From contig NC_042997.1 in the NCBI RefSeq assembly GCF_006345805.1, positions 6,882,001 through 6,946,000 on the forward strand: DNA of 64,000 nucleotides, given 5' to 3'. Below are positions 42,581 through 54,874 of the stretch, piece by piece; position 1 is the first letter of the stretch, and the number at the start of each line of letters is the position of its first letter. The DNA comes from Octopus sinensis. Its lineage: Eukaryota. The notes under the pieces were generated by a model. It did not search any database, was not told the origin of the DNA, and saw only the letters and a list, made by a program, of their open reading frames with translations. A program made the position numbers and the translations under genes.

Positions 42581-43112
42581 ATGAAAAATAAGAAATGGAA
42601 CAATGATTAAAAATGAGAGGTCGATCATTGGTGATTTAATGGCATTGTTTCTGTTTATTAAAATGGGGTAAATCCACATTTACCTCAGATTTAATAAACA
42701 TCTTCAGGACGCTTGTCTAGAAGGAAAGCAAAGACAAAGAGAACGAGTAAAGGGTTCGTTAATGCACTAGCCTTACAATTTAGTGACTTACATATTTCCA
42801 CTTGTCAGTAGATTCTTTCATTCGATGGCTATGGCATTAAGTGGGGACAGTGGCTAATTGACCAGTGGTAAATAGCTGAATGAGTTATACCTGGTGGGGT
42901 TATCTGTTGTTGTTATTGGACATAAATAACGTTAATTTGTGACTTCTATGATAGTTCCTGTGATTACCATGGAAGCACTAGTAGAAACTGAGAAGGTTAT
43001 TAAAATGTGTACGATATAGTGTGTACATATGGGCTATGTATAGGGAAAAATGAAAAATACAAGATACGTTATTAACAATTGACGGATATGTATCTATATT
43101 TTGTTTGTTGTT

Positions 43113-43155
43113 AACACAAAGTTTCGGCTGATATACCCTTCAGCTTTCATCAGGG
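43113..43155 (-). ncRNA. Degenerate hammerhead motif 3' of Penelope-like ORF
   Basis: Minus strand CTGATGA AA GCTG aagggtatat CAGC C GAAA CTT T gtgtt; core boxes intact, stems I and III damaged. Confidence 0.55.
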
Positions 43156-43209
43156 TTTTCATTCTTAAGGTAGTTTTCGATGTTGTTGTTGTTATTATTA
43201 TTATTATTC

Positions 43210-43282
43210 AGGTCTCTGCCTGGAATCGAACGCGGAATATTGGGGCTAGTAGCCACGCACTTAATCACTACGCCATATGCCT
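43210..43282 (-). other. tRNA-like Pol III promoter module (not a functional tRNA)
   Basis: Minus strand ggcatatggcgtagtgattaag...gttcgattccaggcagagacc with A-box-like TGGCGTAGTGA and B box GTTCGATTCC; followed by (AAT)n. Confidence 0.65.
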
Positions 43283-43311
43283 GTGGGCAATTATGGAGTG
43301 AATTTTAGGAC

Positions 43312-44880
43312 TTATAAATCTAATATTCTCTTATTCTTCCTTACTACCGATTCCCATATGTTGTTCATATCTGCATTCGGACTGCTTAGGAAGTTGTTGT
43401 GTCCTAGCATCTATGCTGCTTTTTGTAGTTTTTGTATTTTATACTGGTGTTTTCTGTCTATTATTTTAAGTTCATCCCACAGGTGGAGGTGGTCTCCATT
43501 TTTCCATACATGATCAGCTATAACAGATCTATCGATAGCTCCGTGCCACCGCTTTGCGATGTTCCTCCACTCTCATTTTGAGGGAGGGTATATTTCGCCT
43601 GTGTATAACCTACCACAGCTGCATGGGATGGAGTAGACGCAGTTATTAGTAATTTTCTCTTCTATTGGTGGTTTTACACGCAGGATATATTTGCGAAGTA
43701 TTGTATTACTTTTGAATACTGTCCTGGTGTTATATGGGCCGCATATCTTTTCGGAGAGGCCGCATATCTTTTCGGAGAGGCCGCATATCATTTCGGAGAT
43801 GCCTTTCACATAGGGTAGACAGACTGTGAACAGTTTATCTGTTTTATCCCATCTTTTCTTCATAATTGGAATGAAGATTTGCTTTGGGGGTAGTTGTTGG
43901 TTAATAGATTGTTACTGAGCTTCCTCAGTTCTTCGTGGTAGTTATCACCATCACTACTTATATTCATTCCTCGATGTTTTAGGCACTGAGCAATTCCCCC
44001 TTTTTACACTGTATGGATGGTGGGAGTCGAAGTTGAGCTATCGTCCATTGAAGGTCGGCTTGCGGAATACGGATATCCTGAATCCATATGAGGTGCCTGT
44101 TATTAATACGGCCAGGAAGGCTAGCTGATTGTCTTTTTCCTTTTCCATTGTGAACTGTATGCATGGTATTATTGAGTTCACATGATCTAACATCACTTCA
44201 ACATCTTCCTGGTGGGGCCAGAGTATGAAGGTTTCATCAAATTATTGCTGCCATATGGTTGGTTTTAGTGGTGTTGATCCTAAAGCCAAATTCTCAAATC
44301 ATTCCATGTATATATATTGGCTATTATCGCTGATAATTGCGAACCCATATCTAAACCTTCTTATTGTCGATATATATATCAGTGTCCATACTGAAGTAGG
44401 TGTTTTCTACAAAGACGGTCAACATTTCTATCAAGTTTCTTACTGGTGTACTAATGCGCCCTTTTTGATGGGTGTCTGTCACTAGTTTTTCTTGAATCAC
44501 CGATAGTGCTTCACCGGTTGGGACTTTGTTGAATAGATTTATCACATCTATACTCACCATCCGTTGATCAGTTCTGTGAAGTGGGTGGAATTATTCACGT
44601 AGATGTTGACTTTCCTGCTAATGGATTGATTATATCCACAACGAAGCGGTTCAGTGGATGACATGCTGAACCTCTACAGCTCACTATAGGTCTTAATGGA
44701 ATACCATCCTTGTGAATCTGAGGATGGCCGTGCATGTGTGCTAGTTTATTGTAGTTTTGAGTCAGTTGTCTGTACTTCATTGGTGTAAAGTGATCCTTAT
44801 TCTTGATCAAGATCCGTGACAACTTACTCTCTGTTTTCAAAGTAGGGTCTTCCTTTACTTTGCTGTAGCTACCATCACTT
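43312..44880 (-). mobile_element. 5'-truncated Penelope-like element (RT + GIY-YIG), decayed
   Basis: DPTLKTE...HGHPQIHKDGIPLRPIVS...MVSIDVINLFNKVP...FTMEKEKDNQLAFL..LI...VFRKPT...NFDSHHP...LPYVKGISE...CVYSIPCSCGRLYTGE...RVEEHRKAV...IADHVW...WDELKIIDR. Confidence 0.92.
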
Positions 44881-45289
44881 ATAAGACTTGCCAGTTAATT
44901 ATATCCGTCAATTTTAAATAATGTAAATATTGTACATAATTCCTCTTCTCTTAACTACAGATCTGTAAAATAGAAAGTGCTGAAGATTACATAAAAACAT
45001 AAGAAAACAATAGAAAATTATAACGTGTAATATGAGTCAGTCGTCTAGCTATCAAGTCAATTTAAAATATACGAAGAGAATGGGCTAGTGCACTACGTAG
45101 AATAAACATATATATTTGGTTAATCGGGACATTTGGTTTATTAAGTGCAGTGAGGTTGAGTAGTGCTAAGTGGTATGATTAGGGGAGGTAATAAGAGGTT
45201 AAGCAGATCCGCCAATAACCTGTAAAGTAGGGATTATCGATATTTAAAGACTAAGTAGGACTTAGCGATATTTCAAGAATAAGAATTTA

Positions 45290-45570
45290 TCTTTATACAA
45301 ACAAAAAAATTATTTTTTCTCGACTCGTTTATTAAGTAAATCTCATTTGGCCATTAAGATGAAGAATTTCTCATTTACCCAAAGATTACATCGATTATTA
45401 TTAATTTTATACGAATAAGTTTTCGCTAGGATACGCCATTCGAAACAATAGTTAATATTATTGCCTTTCAGTTCCCAACAATAACTACTAAGTCCGGTAC
45501 TGTTGGCTTTACTTCTGTTTCTGAAACTAGAGCTATATGAGTTATATCTAAATATCATTTCGTTTTTTGG
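45290..45570 (-). pseudogene. GIY-YIG C-terminal fragment of another Penelope-like family
   Basis: FRYNSYSSSFRN...STGLSSYCWELK...FEWRIL...Y...RCNLWVNEKFFI...LLNKR resembles the PLE endonuclease 'LS.Y.W.LK...W.I...CnLC..EK..I...LLNKR.E' motif. Confidence 0.7.
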
Positions 45571-46103
45571 TGCTCCACTATAAGTCTCCTTGTAATTATT
45601 TGCGAATACATCGCATAAGTAGTGGTGGTGGTAGTGGTGGTGGTGGTGGTGCTAGTAGTAGTAGTAGTAGTAGTAAATAAAACTGTAATGATATTATAAG
45701 TGGCCAGCAAATGTTGAAGCCAGTCCCACAAATCCTTAAATTTTCGAATTATTTAACAATTACAATTGAGTATATACGAGGTTCCAGCGTTTCGGTAACA
45801 TAAGAATCCGAAACTCCTTTAATAAGGTACCAATTCATTGAAAATATAAAAATTGCTTCAATTCTTCCTGGCAATTTTTATTTTTATTACAGTTAATTAT
45901 TTTATAATAATAAGATAACAATGATCGTGATGTTCTTGATGACGATGATGATCATAATGAAGTTGATGATAATAATAATAATATCTATGTAAATATTTAG
46001 TTGCTGTCTATCTATTGAGATATATAGAAAGTTATATAACATTTCCTTGGCCACTTCAAACAAACATTTATTCCTAAATGTATATACAAACATACATATA
46101 TAT

Positions 46104-46182
<79 letters not shown>

Positions 46183-46987
46183 TAGATATATAGATAGATA
46201 GTTAGACAAGTATCTATGCGTTCAGGATTGATGTGATTGACAAGAAGAGGTACTCAACTGATGGAAGCTTTTTAGTGACTGACACTAGTATGATAAAATG
46301 TAAACAGTTTTGGTAGGGCATTAGTAGTACGCTGTAGAATATAACTTTCAATGTATTGTTATTTCATATTAAATTCTGAATTGAAATTTCTCTGTTCTCA
46401 GCTTTGCATTTTTCCTCCCAGGATTTTTTCATTAGTCGATTTAATCAACTATACACCTCAAGCAAAATGCGTGGCTTTATAACAAATTCACATATCGTCA
46501 TTTTATAACTGCATTATTAATTTGAAAAGCAGTTCTTAATTTCTTTTTTCTGAATTGATTAATTATTTTGATTAAAGGGAAAAAATTAATGAAGAAAACA
46601 CATAAATAAAGCCAAATAAATAACTGTTTTTACCACTGACTCAAGATTAATGCCGGCAATCGACGTGATAATAATGGTGAAAATGTCACAGAAATAAATG
46701 TATTGACATGATTTATATTATTAACACTCGGAAATTAACGAAAATTTCTAATTTTTTACTAATTCATCACTCGGCAGTGTCTTGATTTCTGTAGAAGCAA
46801 ATGATGCTTGACTGTAGATTGCAAATGTGCAGTGCGCAAAGTTGAAACGAGAGACTCATAGCTTTCAAGTATTAATAGAATGGTCAGTGGACAAGTTAAA
46901 CGCTTTAAAAAAAAGTGATAAAAACGAATGTGGAAAGAAACATATCCCCTTCATTTTATCTTTCTCTCGCACTCTCTCTCTCTCTCA

Positions 46988-47035
<48 letters not shown>

Positions 47036-47435
47036 AGCATAGACATATGTATACCCTATCGTATACACAGATATACGTGTATATATATGCACGTATATTA
47101 CATATATTTATCTGTATATTTATCTATCTCTAAATATACAAGGTGGCCCAAAAATTAGTTTACAGTTTTCACGTAGACACATAATATTACTTTAAAAACA
47201 TTTTATTACGTCCATATTTCTGTCTTACAAACTGAAAAGGGAGTTTGACAAAATTAATAATGGTTTTATATTTTTTTGAAAATTGAGATCTATATTGTTA
47301 ATATTTGAAAACGAAAGAGATATTTGAATAATTCTAAACCTACGTACATACATAGATAAGAAAACTAACTCATTTTTATCCCGAGTAGCACAATGTATCC
47401 CGGTTAGTTTATATACGTAAGTACATATATACATG

Positions 47436-47508
<73 letters not shown>

Positions 47509-47581
47509 AATATACACATCTATCTATCTATCTCTCTATCTCTCTAAATCTCTCTATCTATTTATATAAAGGTAGTCCAAA

Positions 47582-47765
47582 AATGAAAACACAAAGAGAA
47601 ACGCAACAACGCGAGGACGTGGAGCAAATATAGTATTATTGGAAGCTCAGGAAGGAAGGGAAGAAGGAGGGTTTTACGTTTCAAGCGGAGCTTTTCGTCA
47701 GAAACATAGGAAAAGGAAAGATCCAGAGAAGGGAAGACGGAAGAAAAGAATCGCCAACGGTACAC
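47582..47765 (-). mobile_element. PLE-type terminal repeat, hammerhead family a
   Basis: High similarity to 3866-4055; lies just after a (TA)n/(CTAT)n tract. Confidence 0.8.
47671..47705 (-). ncRNA. Intact minimal type-I hammerhead ribozyme motif
   Basis: Minus strand gttt CTGACGA A AAGC tcc GCTT GAAA CGT A aaac: 4-bp stem I, 4-bp stem II, palindromic ACGU stem III, all core nucleotides present, predicted cleavage triplet GUA. Confidence 0.75.
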
Positions 47766-47780
47766 AACAGTTGCAACGTA

Positions 47781-48000
47781 GAAGGTGTTTATAATCCATT
47801 TAAGAACCACACAAAACAGTTAGATTCACTTCAACATTTAAACTGAATGTGTCAAAATATTTTGACGAATTAAATATAAATGTTGAAGTGAACCTAACTG
47901 TTTTGTGTGTTTCTTAAATGGCTTATAAACCCCTTCCACGCAGCAAATGTTTCCACTTCAGTACACGATCTCAGATCAAGTCACTCGCTATGCAAGTACA

Positions 48001-48050
<50 letters not shown>

Positions 48051-48418
48051 CGGAGATGTAATCGCATAGCAAGTAATTTGATCTGAGATCGTGTGCTGAA
48101 ACGAAAACAATTGCAGCGTGGGAGGTGTTTATAAGCCATTTAAGAAACACACAAAAGCCGTTCGATTCACTCCAACATTTAAGTTTAATTTGTCAAAATA
48201 TTTTCGTCGCTAAAATCCGCGACCTGTTCACTGACAAAGTCCGTGCTGCACGGAGAAATGCATCACAAGAGATGCAGCACGGACTTTGTCAGTGAACAGG
48301 TCGCGGATTTTAGCGACGAAAATATTTTGACAAATTAAACTTAAATGTTGGAGTGAATCGAACGGCTTTTGTGTCTTTCTTAAATGGCTTATAAACACCT
48401 TCCACGCTGCAATTGTTT
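47781..48418. repeat. Array of four alternately oriented copies of one repeat (three fold-back junctions)
   Basis: Arms 47781-47858 / 47859-47936 (no spacer); about 47937-48003 / 48050-48125 around (TA)n; 48105-48250 / 48273-48418 (146 bp, two mismatches seen). Confidence 0.9.
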
Positions 48419-51149
48419 GTATATATATACATACACACACACTCACTGGTACAATACATGTAAATACATGTGGTGTTCAGTAAATTTGCATTCACAAGAT
48501 AGTTTCAGGCGAGTATTTTAAACAGTACTCAGTGCAGAAAGGCGGCCAGTGGGGAATTGTTTATGGCTACTGTAGCTGGCACCTCACACCTTCCGAATAT
48601 GATGCACTTTATTCATTGTGCCCGACATATAGAAAAGTAGTTATTGATGCAATATATAGTCGTCGTATAGAGGCCATCAATGTGTTGTAGATGAGGCTAT
48701 TTGGCGTTGGTATTTTAGTTGCCCTTTGGAACGAAACTCTGTATTGATAATAGAATATATAGGATTATTAATGTTTACGTCAAATATTCAGTTTCTATGC
48801 AGCCATACTCATTTTGAAGTAATTTCGAATTGATGAGCATAATACGCGGTTCGGCTTTACGCCAGTGTCCCCTTGTTTACGTCAAATGTAATACTCTGAT
48901 ATAGGACTGTGGCAGCCGCTCTTGCTCATCCTATTGCTTTGTTGGTTTATTATTATCTAAAAACGGAATTATAGTCATGGAAGGAGTGTCGGATATTGTG
49001 CATCTTATTTCATGCTTTTGTTGGTGTGCTGAGATAAATTGATGCTTCAGGAGGCACCAGAAGTTTCAAAATTTCATTAGCATTCATTGTCTATTTAAAA
49101 TCTGATGACATGGACACCTGAAATTCTAATGTAAAGTTTTCCCTCGTTATCAAACGGTTTCGTATTCATGATAAAATAATGCCTGAATATGAGCTATCAC
49201 ATGTCAAGTTTCAAACTTCAAATGCTTGATTGCATTTTGTGTTGATAAACGCGTTACTCCTATAACTGGTTAGCCTTTAATCTAAATATCAGCTTATTAT
49301 TTTGCAAATATCACTGTTGACACACATAGAATGAGAGTCGGTATTAGCATATTGTAGTTTTTGTTATTAATGTTACAATCCGCTCTAATGAGATTGTTAA
49401 AAGCGATGTCATTGTTGTAATTTATACGGCTGTTGTTATCGCTATTATTACACGTTCTATTAGGAATGATGCAAATGCTTCTTTTTGTCAGAACAGTGGA
49501 TGATAACAAATTTATCACACCATATGTGAAGGCCCAACTTTAAGTTTTCTTTCTTGACAGCTCAATTCCTTACACCTCACAGTTACAGCTTTCTTGATAG
49601 AGGCAACGCAAAATCTCGTCAATTTGGATTTTCTGCAAACATATTGAAGGAGGAAAATGAATATCATATGCTGAAAAAAAAAATAATAATTTCTCTTTCA
49701 AATCTCGCTGCACACAAAATTGAATAACGCTTTTTTTTTTGCATGTGAACATAAATTGTAAAATTTAAATAGAAATTAAGTTTTATGCCGTAGTAGTATA
49801 ACTAAATTGCTTGCAGCAAGCAATTCATGCATAATAAAAGTAATAACAAAGAGAATTTGTAACCTTCTAATGATTTGCTTGCCTCAAGCTTAAAATTTCG
49901 TCTTAAGCAATCCCTTGTGATGAGAATAATTACAATGTTAATGATGAGTATGCTGATGATATTTTTTATGCTAACGACGACAATGATGACGATTGGGACC
50001 ATGACGGAGATTGCATCATGATGATCATTCCATTTCTTCTCGTTTTTCTCCTGCTTTTCTCTTTCTTCGTCTTTTTTCCTTGACAATAACAATAATACAT
50101 TTTGTTCGTAAATTACATTATAGTCTGCATTTGTATGTGTTTAAAATATGGGTAAACGTTTCGGGATTTTCTTTTTCTTCATCGCTTAACTATATTGTTA
50201 AGAAATATATATGGGTGTGGTATCGATCAATGAAGAAACAGAAAAATTGATCAAAAACTTATCAGAGAAAGTCAGTAAGTGGAAAGCCTGGCACTTGCAT
50301 AGGTGGATATATGCAAGCGCACTTTGTGGAATTGAAATGATTAACCATAACGGAAGGTATTATGGCTCAGTTCTTGTGAAATCATCTTGGAAGCTTTCGA
50401 AATTTAAGATTTTCCTATCTCATTTGACTATAAGGGAGTTGCCCTAATCACATCACAGACTGTCATCAACGGGACAAGGTGAGGACTATCAGTCCATTTC
50501 AGAACATATATCTGATAGTTTGCGACGTCTCTCTTGATTGATGCTGCAGAGAATACAACATTGTGGAGAGGCTACGGCTTGACCAAGGAAATAGTTTGTT
50601 GATATTCATCCAAATGTTCGAAGTGATTCTTGAAATTATATATCGGGGCTGACATTTAACTGAACCCCAGAATTCATGAAGAAATGTTTCTCCGTCCTTT
50701 ATCAATAATAGTTTCTATGATAATTATCTCTTTCGTTTTAGCAATTAAGTTCTCTAAATGAGATTAGAACGCAAAAGTACTTATATGTGATCCACAAAAC
50801 TATCCTGATTTGTTGGCTTGCTTGACTAATACACTCCAGAATATTCATATCTGGCAGTCATCAGTGAAGGTAGAAGTTCAAGAGCCATAGGACATGTCAC
50901 ATTTATTTGCGTATAATTTTATCAATCGGTGCACAACTTGGGAAAGGCGGCACATCTTGGGAAGTTTTTCAGAAAGAGTTTTTTATGTGAATGCACGATG
51001 AACTCCATGCATTCGTATGAGGCAGCGATTCTGGAAAATCGACATATCCTTTTTTATATGCTAAAGTATCGATATGCATATTAAGTGCTGTCCTTATATT
51101 TTATTTCAAATTTTTCGGCTTCATTTTCTATTAAAATACTTTAACGCAT

Positions 51150-51500
51150 ATTCGCGGAGGCGTCAGTACTTCTCCGGGTTTAGTCCCATTTCGTGGCACC
51201 TTGGGCAAATGTGTTCTACTATAACATCGCCTCGGCGAATGCCACGTAAGTAGATATAGTAGCTCGAAACTGAAAGGAACCCGTCATATATAAATATGGA
51301 TCTGTGTGTGTGTGCGTTCGTGCGCACGTACGTAGTGTTTGTGCATGTTCACACTACAGCTTGAGAAACGGTCTTTGTGTTTTTATGCCGTTTTAGCCAA
51401 GAAGTTAAGCAACAACTGACCGATAGACAGGTTTAAAATATAGTTTTAAAAATAGTAACTTGTCCGACTAAATTCTTGATGGTGGTGTCTCAAGTAACAA
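51150..51500 (+). mobile_element. SINE family 1, degraded
   Basis: ccgggtttagtcccatttcgtggcaccttgggcaaatgtgttctactata...gaaactgaaaggaacccgtc. Confidence 0.7.
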
Positions 51501-52289
51501 AAAATGTCAATGGAAATTGTGAGTGAGAGAATCCACAGTGTTATTTGCATTCTACCATTATAAAATGTATGCAAATTCAACGTATGAGATGATTTGAATA
51601 GAAAATCTTGTTCAAAACATCCCGGTGTTACTTTTTATATTATTTTTCAGTACAGATAAAATGAATATAAAGAAACTATCTTTCACTTCTTTTGTTTATT
51701 TCTTTTCTCTATTTTGCATATTTTGAAATTCATCTTCTTGGTATGCTCTACGTAATGTATACTTGCAGGAAGTTTATTGATTTAAAATTAAGGTAGTTAA
51801 TATTGGGCGAAACTTTATCTCGTCAAGACAAAGCACTTTCACAATTTCAGGTCCACCAGTAGGAGTAACACACGTTCCAACGCTTAGACAAGTTAGTTGT
51901 TCCAACAATCAACCATGATGTATAGCCTTAGTCTATTGGTGAAACAATTCAGCCACATGCTGTAGAACATAATAGATGTAAACATTTGGAATTGATTTTC
52001 AAGGAATTTGGTTATTTCGTTATTTACTTAATATATTATGCCTCTTGAGATTTGTAACTCTTAGAATGAAATGGCATCTATTTTGGAGAAATTGACAAGA
52101 GATACTAAAGTGAGAATATCCATAACAAGTGCTGAAATAAGGAAAAAAAGACATGATTAAAATTCATACTACTGCAAAAAGTTATACTTATAAAAATTTA
52201 TATAGGAACTGGACCAAACGACTTCATAGTTAAAAGATGTAGTGAGCGACAATTCACAAAATGTAGAAGCAAAAGAATTTTAATTGGTA

Positions 52290-52505
52290 TTGGTTTCAAA
52301 TTTTGGTACAAAGCCAGCAATTTTCGTGGAGGTGGTAATTGAATTACAAAGAGTTTAATGTACAACTTGCTTTTGCTTTACCGGCACAGGAAGAACAAAA
52401 CGCAAACTCGATCTCATGAGGACTTCAAGTCACAACGTAATGACGAACAACATGCAGTTAAGTATCTTTCATGTTCTGCTAACGATTCTGCCAGCAAGAT
52501 GCCTT
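52290..52505 (-). mobile_element. SINE family 2, degraded
   Basis: gctaacgattctgccagc head on minus strand; aaattttggtacaaagccagcaatttt tail. Confidence 0.65.
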
Positions 52506-52549
52506 ACGAATTTAAATTAATATTAGAGTCATATATATATATGATAGAT

Positions 52550-53046
<497 letters not shown>

Positions 53047-53049
<3 letters not shown>

Positions 53050-54610
53050 CAAAATAAGCAAGGTAGAAAATGCTAAAATAATTTTATCATGAAGAACATT
53101 TTTAGTACCGGTTTCAGGCTTTGCGACTTTTACAAAGAATGAAAAATAATTAAATCGTAGAAAAATTAAATGAAATGTTTTTTTTTAAATATTCCATAGT
53201 TTTAAAATGTAGGAGCATTTTCCTATTTTTTGTATGTCACTGTCTCTCTTTTTTACTCATGTGAGATCTTGGTAGCAGTTAGCGTAGAAGAAGAAGAAGG
53301 AGACTGAGTAAAGAAAGAAGAGAAAAAACAATAAAAATGCAGGAGTATTATGTTGGTAGATTCCTCTTAAACGGTCAAGTGACCTAAAAGTGAAATGTTG
53401 TCGTTGTAATAGTAGCGATTGGAATTGTTCTGAATAAATCCATGGGTAGTTACTGTTCTGATTTCTGAATATATCGGTTTTAATGTTTAGGTGGGTATTA
53501 TTCTAGGGCCCTTTTAATAGTGTCATTTGTGGTGGATGCATTCAAAAGGGATTTATATGTTGTGATAAAAATTACTCCTTACTAATATGCTGACTACAGG
53601 TTGCATCGTCCCTGAATTTAAAGAGGGGGAATTTCTGAAGCTGGGTTGTTTGTTTAGTGGCGCAAATGTCGATGTGTTTGCCGAATGCTATTTTTCTGTA
53701 TTACCGAATTTTGATCTGGGATCTATGTAGAGACATCCTTTGTCGTAGACTGCTTTTGGTTTAGCCTATTTATTGCTCTCGATACCCAGAGCAAGTTAAT
53801 ACATATATTAGGTTCTCCGAAGCACATGTGAAGTTGTTTTTCACTGTAAAACATTGATCCTGTTTGAAAGAGAACTCCGATCACTTAATTAGGTTGAAAC
53901 ATATACCAAAGTTAGGTCTTCCGCATTCTTTTACTGACGGCTTCAGCGTTTTTGTCGAGCGTACTTGAACTTGTGTTAGGAAAATTTTCATTGATTTGGG
54001 TTGTCTTTTGCTCTTTATGATAGTGTGCATTTAGAGATTAAATTCATGCTGTCGTCCATTTTTAGTAGGGGAGTTTTCTAAAGGATGGTGTCGAAGGCTT
54101 CATCATTAAGTGGGTCGTGTATGGAGACATTTGGTTGAAAAGGGATGCCGCAGTTCATGGATGATGATTTGCAGGGCACACTGACAGCTTATATGAATTA
54201 ATGATGGTGGGTTGTTCTCCTCCTCCCCCTTCTACTTTTTCTTCGTCTTCTTTTTCTTCTTTTCCATCTTTTTCGTCGCCTCTTTTCTCAGTTATTACTA
54301 ATGCTGAAAAAGATCAAAGCTAAGAACTCATTTCAGATATTAGGACGACTAGTACTTCTTACCCACTACCAAGACCTCACATGAGTAAAAATCAGAGACA
54401 GAGCCCGAACCCCCCCCCCCCAAAAAAAAAGGAAAATGTCTCTTACATTTGAAATCTATAGAAATATTTAAAAAAAAATATTTCACTTAATTTTTCCGCA
54501 ATTTAAGTGATTTTCCTGTTTTGAAACACACGCAAAGACTCAAAACGGTACCAAAACGTTCTTCTGACAAAATTTTTTTTAGCATCTTCTACCTTTTCTT
54601 ATTTTGCTTA
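53047..54610 (-). mobile_element. Penelope-like element (Neptune-type endonuclease fragment) with inverted terminal repeats
   Basis: Minus strand IIKSKRQPKSMKIFLT...KECGRPNFGIC...FTCASENLIYVLTCSG...IG.TKSSLRQRMSLHRSQI...HIDIC (about 53530-54150); inverted repeats 53047-53276 / 54366-54610. Confidence 0.85.
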
Positions 54611-54874
54611 TACATAACAACTCGTGTATTAATTTTCAAACTTCTACATATATATGTGTGTGTGTATGTGTGTGCGCGCGTGTGTGTATATGTGTGGGTG
54701 TGGGTGTTTGTATATATGTGTATATATATAGATGAGTGTGTAAATACATGTATACATGTATATATCCATATATGTATGCATATATATATGTAAATATATA
54801 TGTATATGTAAATATATATATATATGTATATGTAAATATATTTAGATATATATGTATCCTTAAATCCTTTAAAA

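Noticed and set aside
43210-43282. Functional tRNA gene (also SINE heads at about 1540-1610 and 26840-26910)
   Set aside because: A/B boxes are present but there is no complete cloverleaf; each is followed by SINE or PLE body sequence.
48231-48263. Hammerhead-like ctgacaaag-tccgtg(ctg)cacgga-gaaa-tgcat at the fold-back centre
   Set aside because: G8 is A here and in the 29750 copy, and stem I does not pair.
50211-50447. 78-aa ORF as a host gene
   Set aside because: Weak resemblance to the L1/Tx1 post-RT region (KVSKWKAWHL); too decayed to assign.
53100-53140. Possible hammerhead relic (gaaaccggta, minus strand) in the PLE terminal repeat
   Set aside because: The CUGANGA box is unrecognisable in both arms; too degenerate to call.
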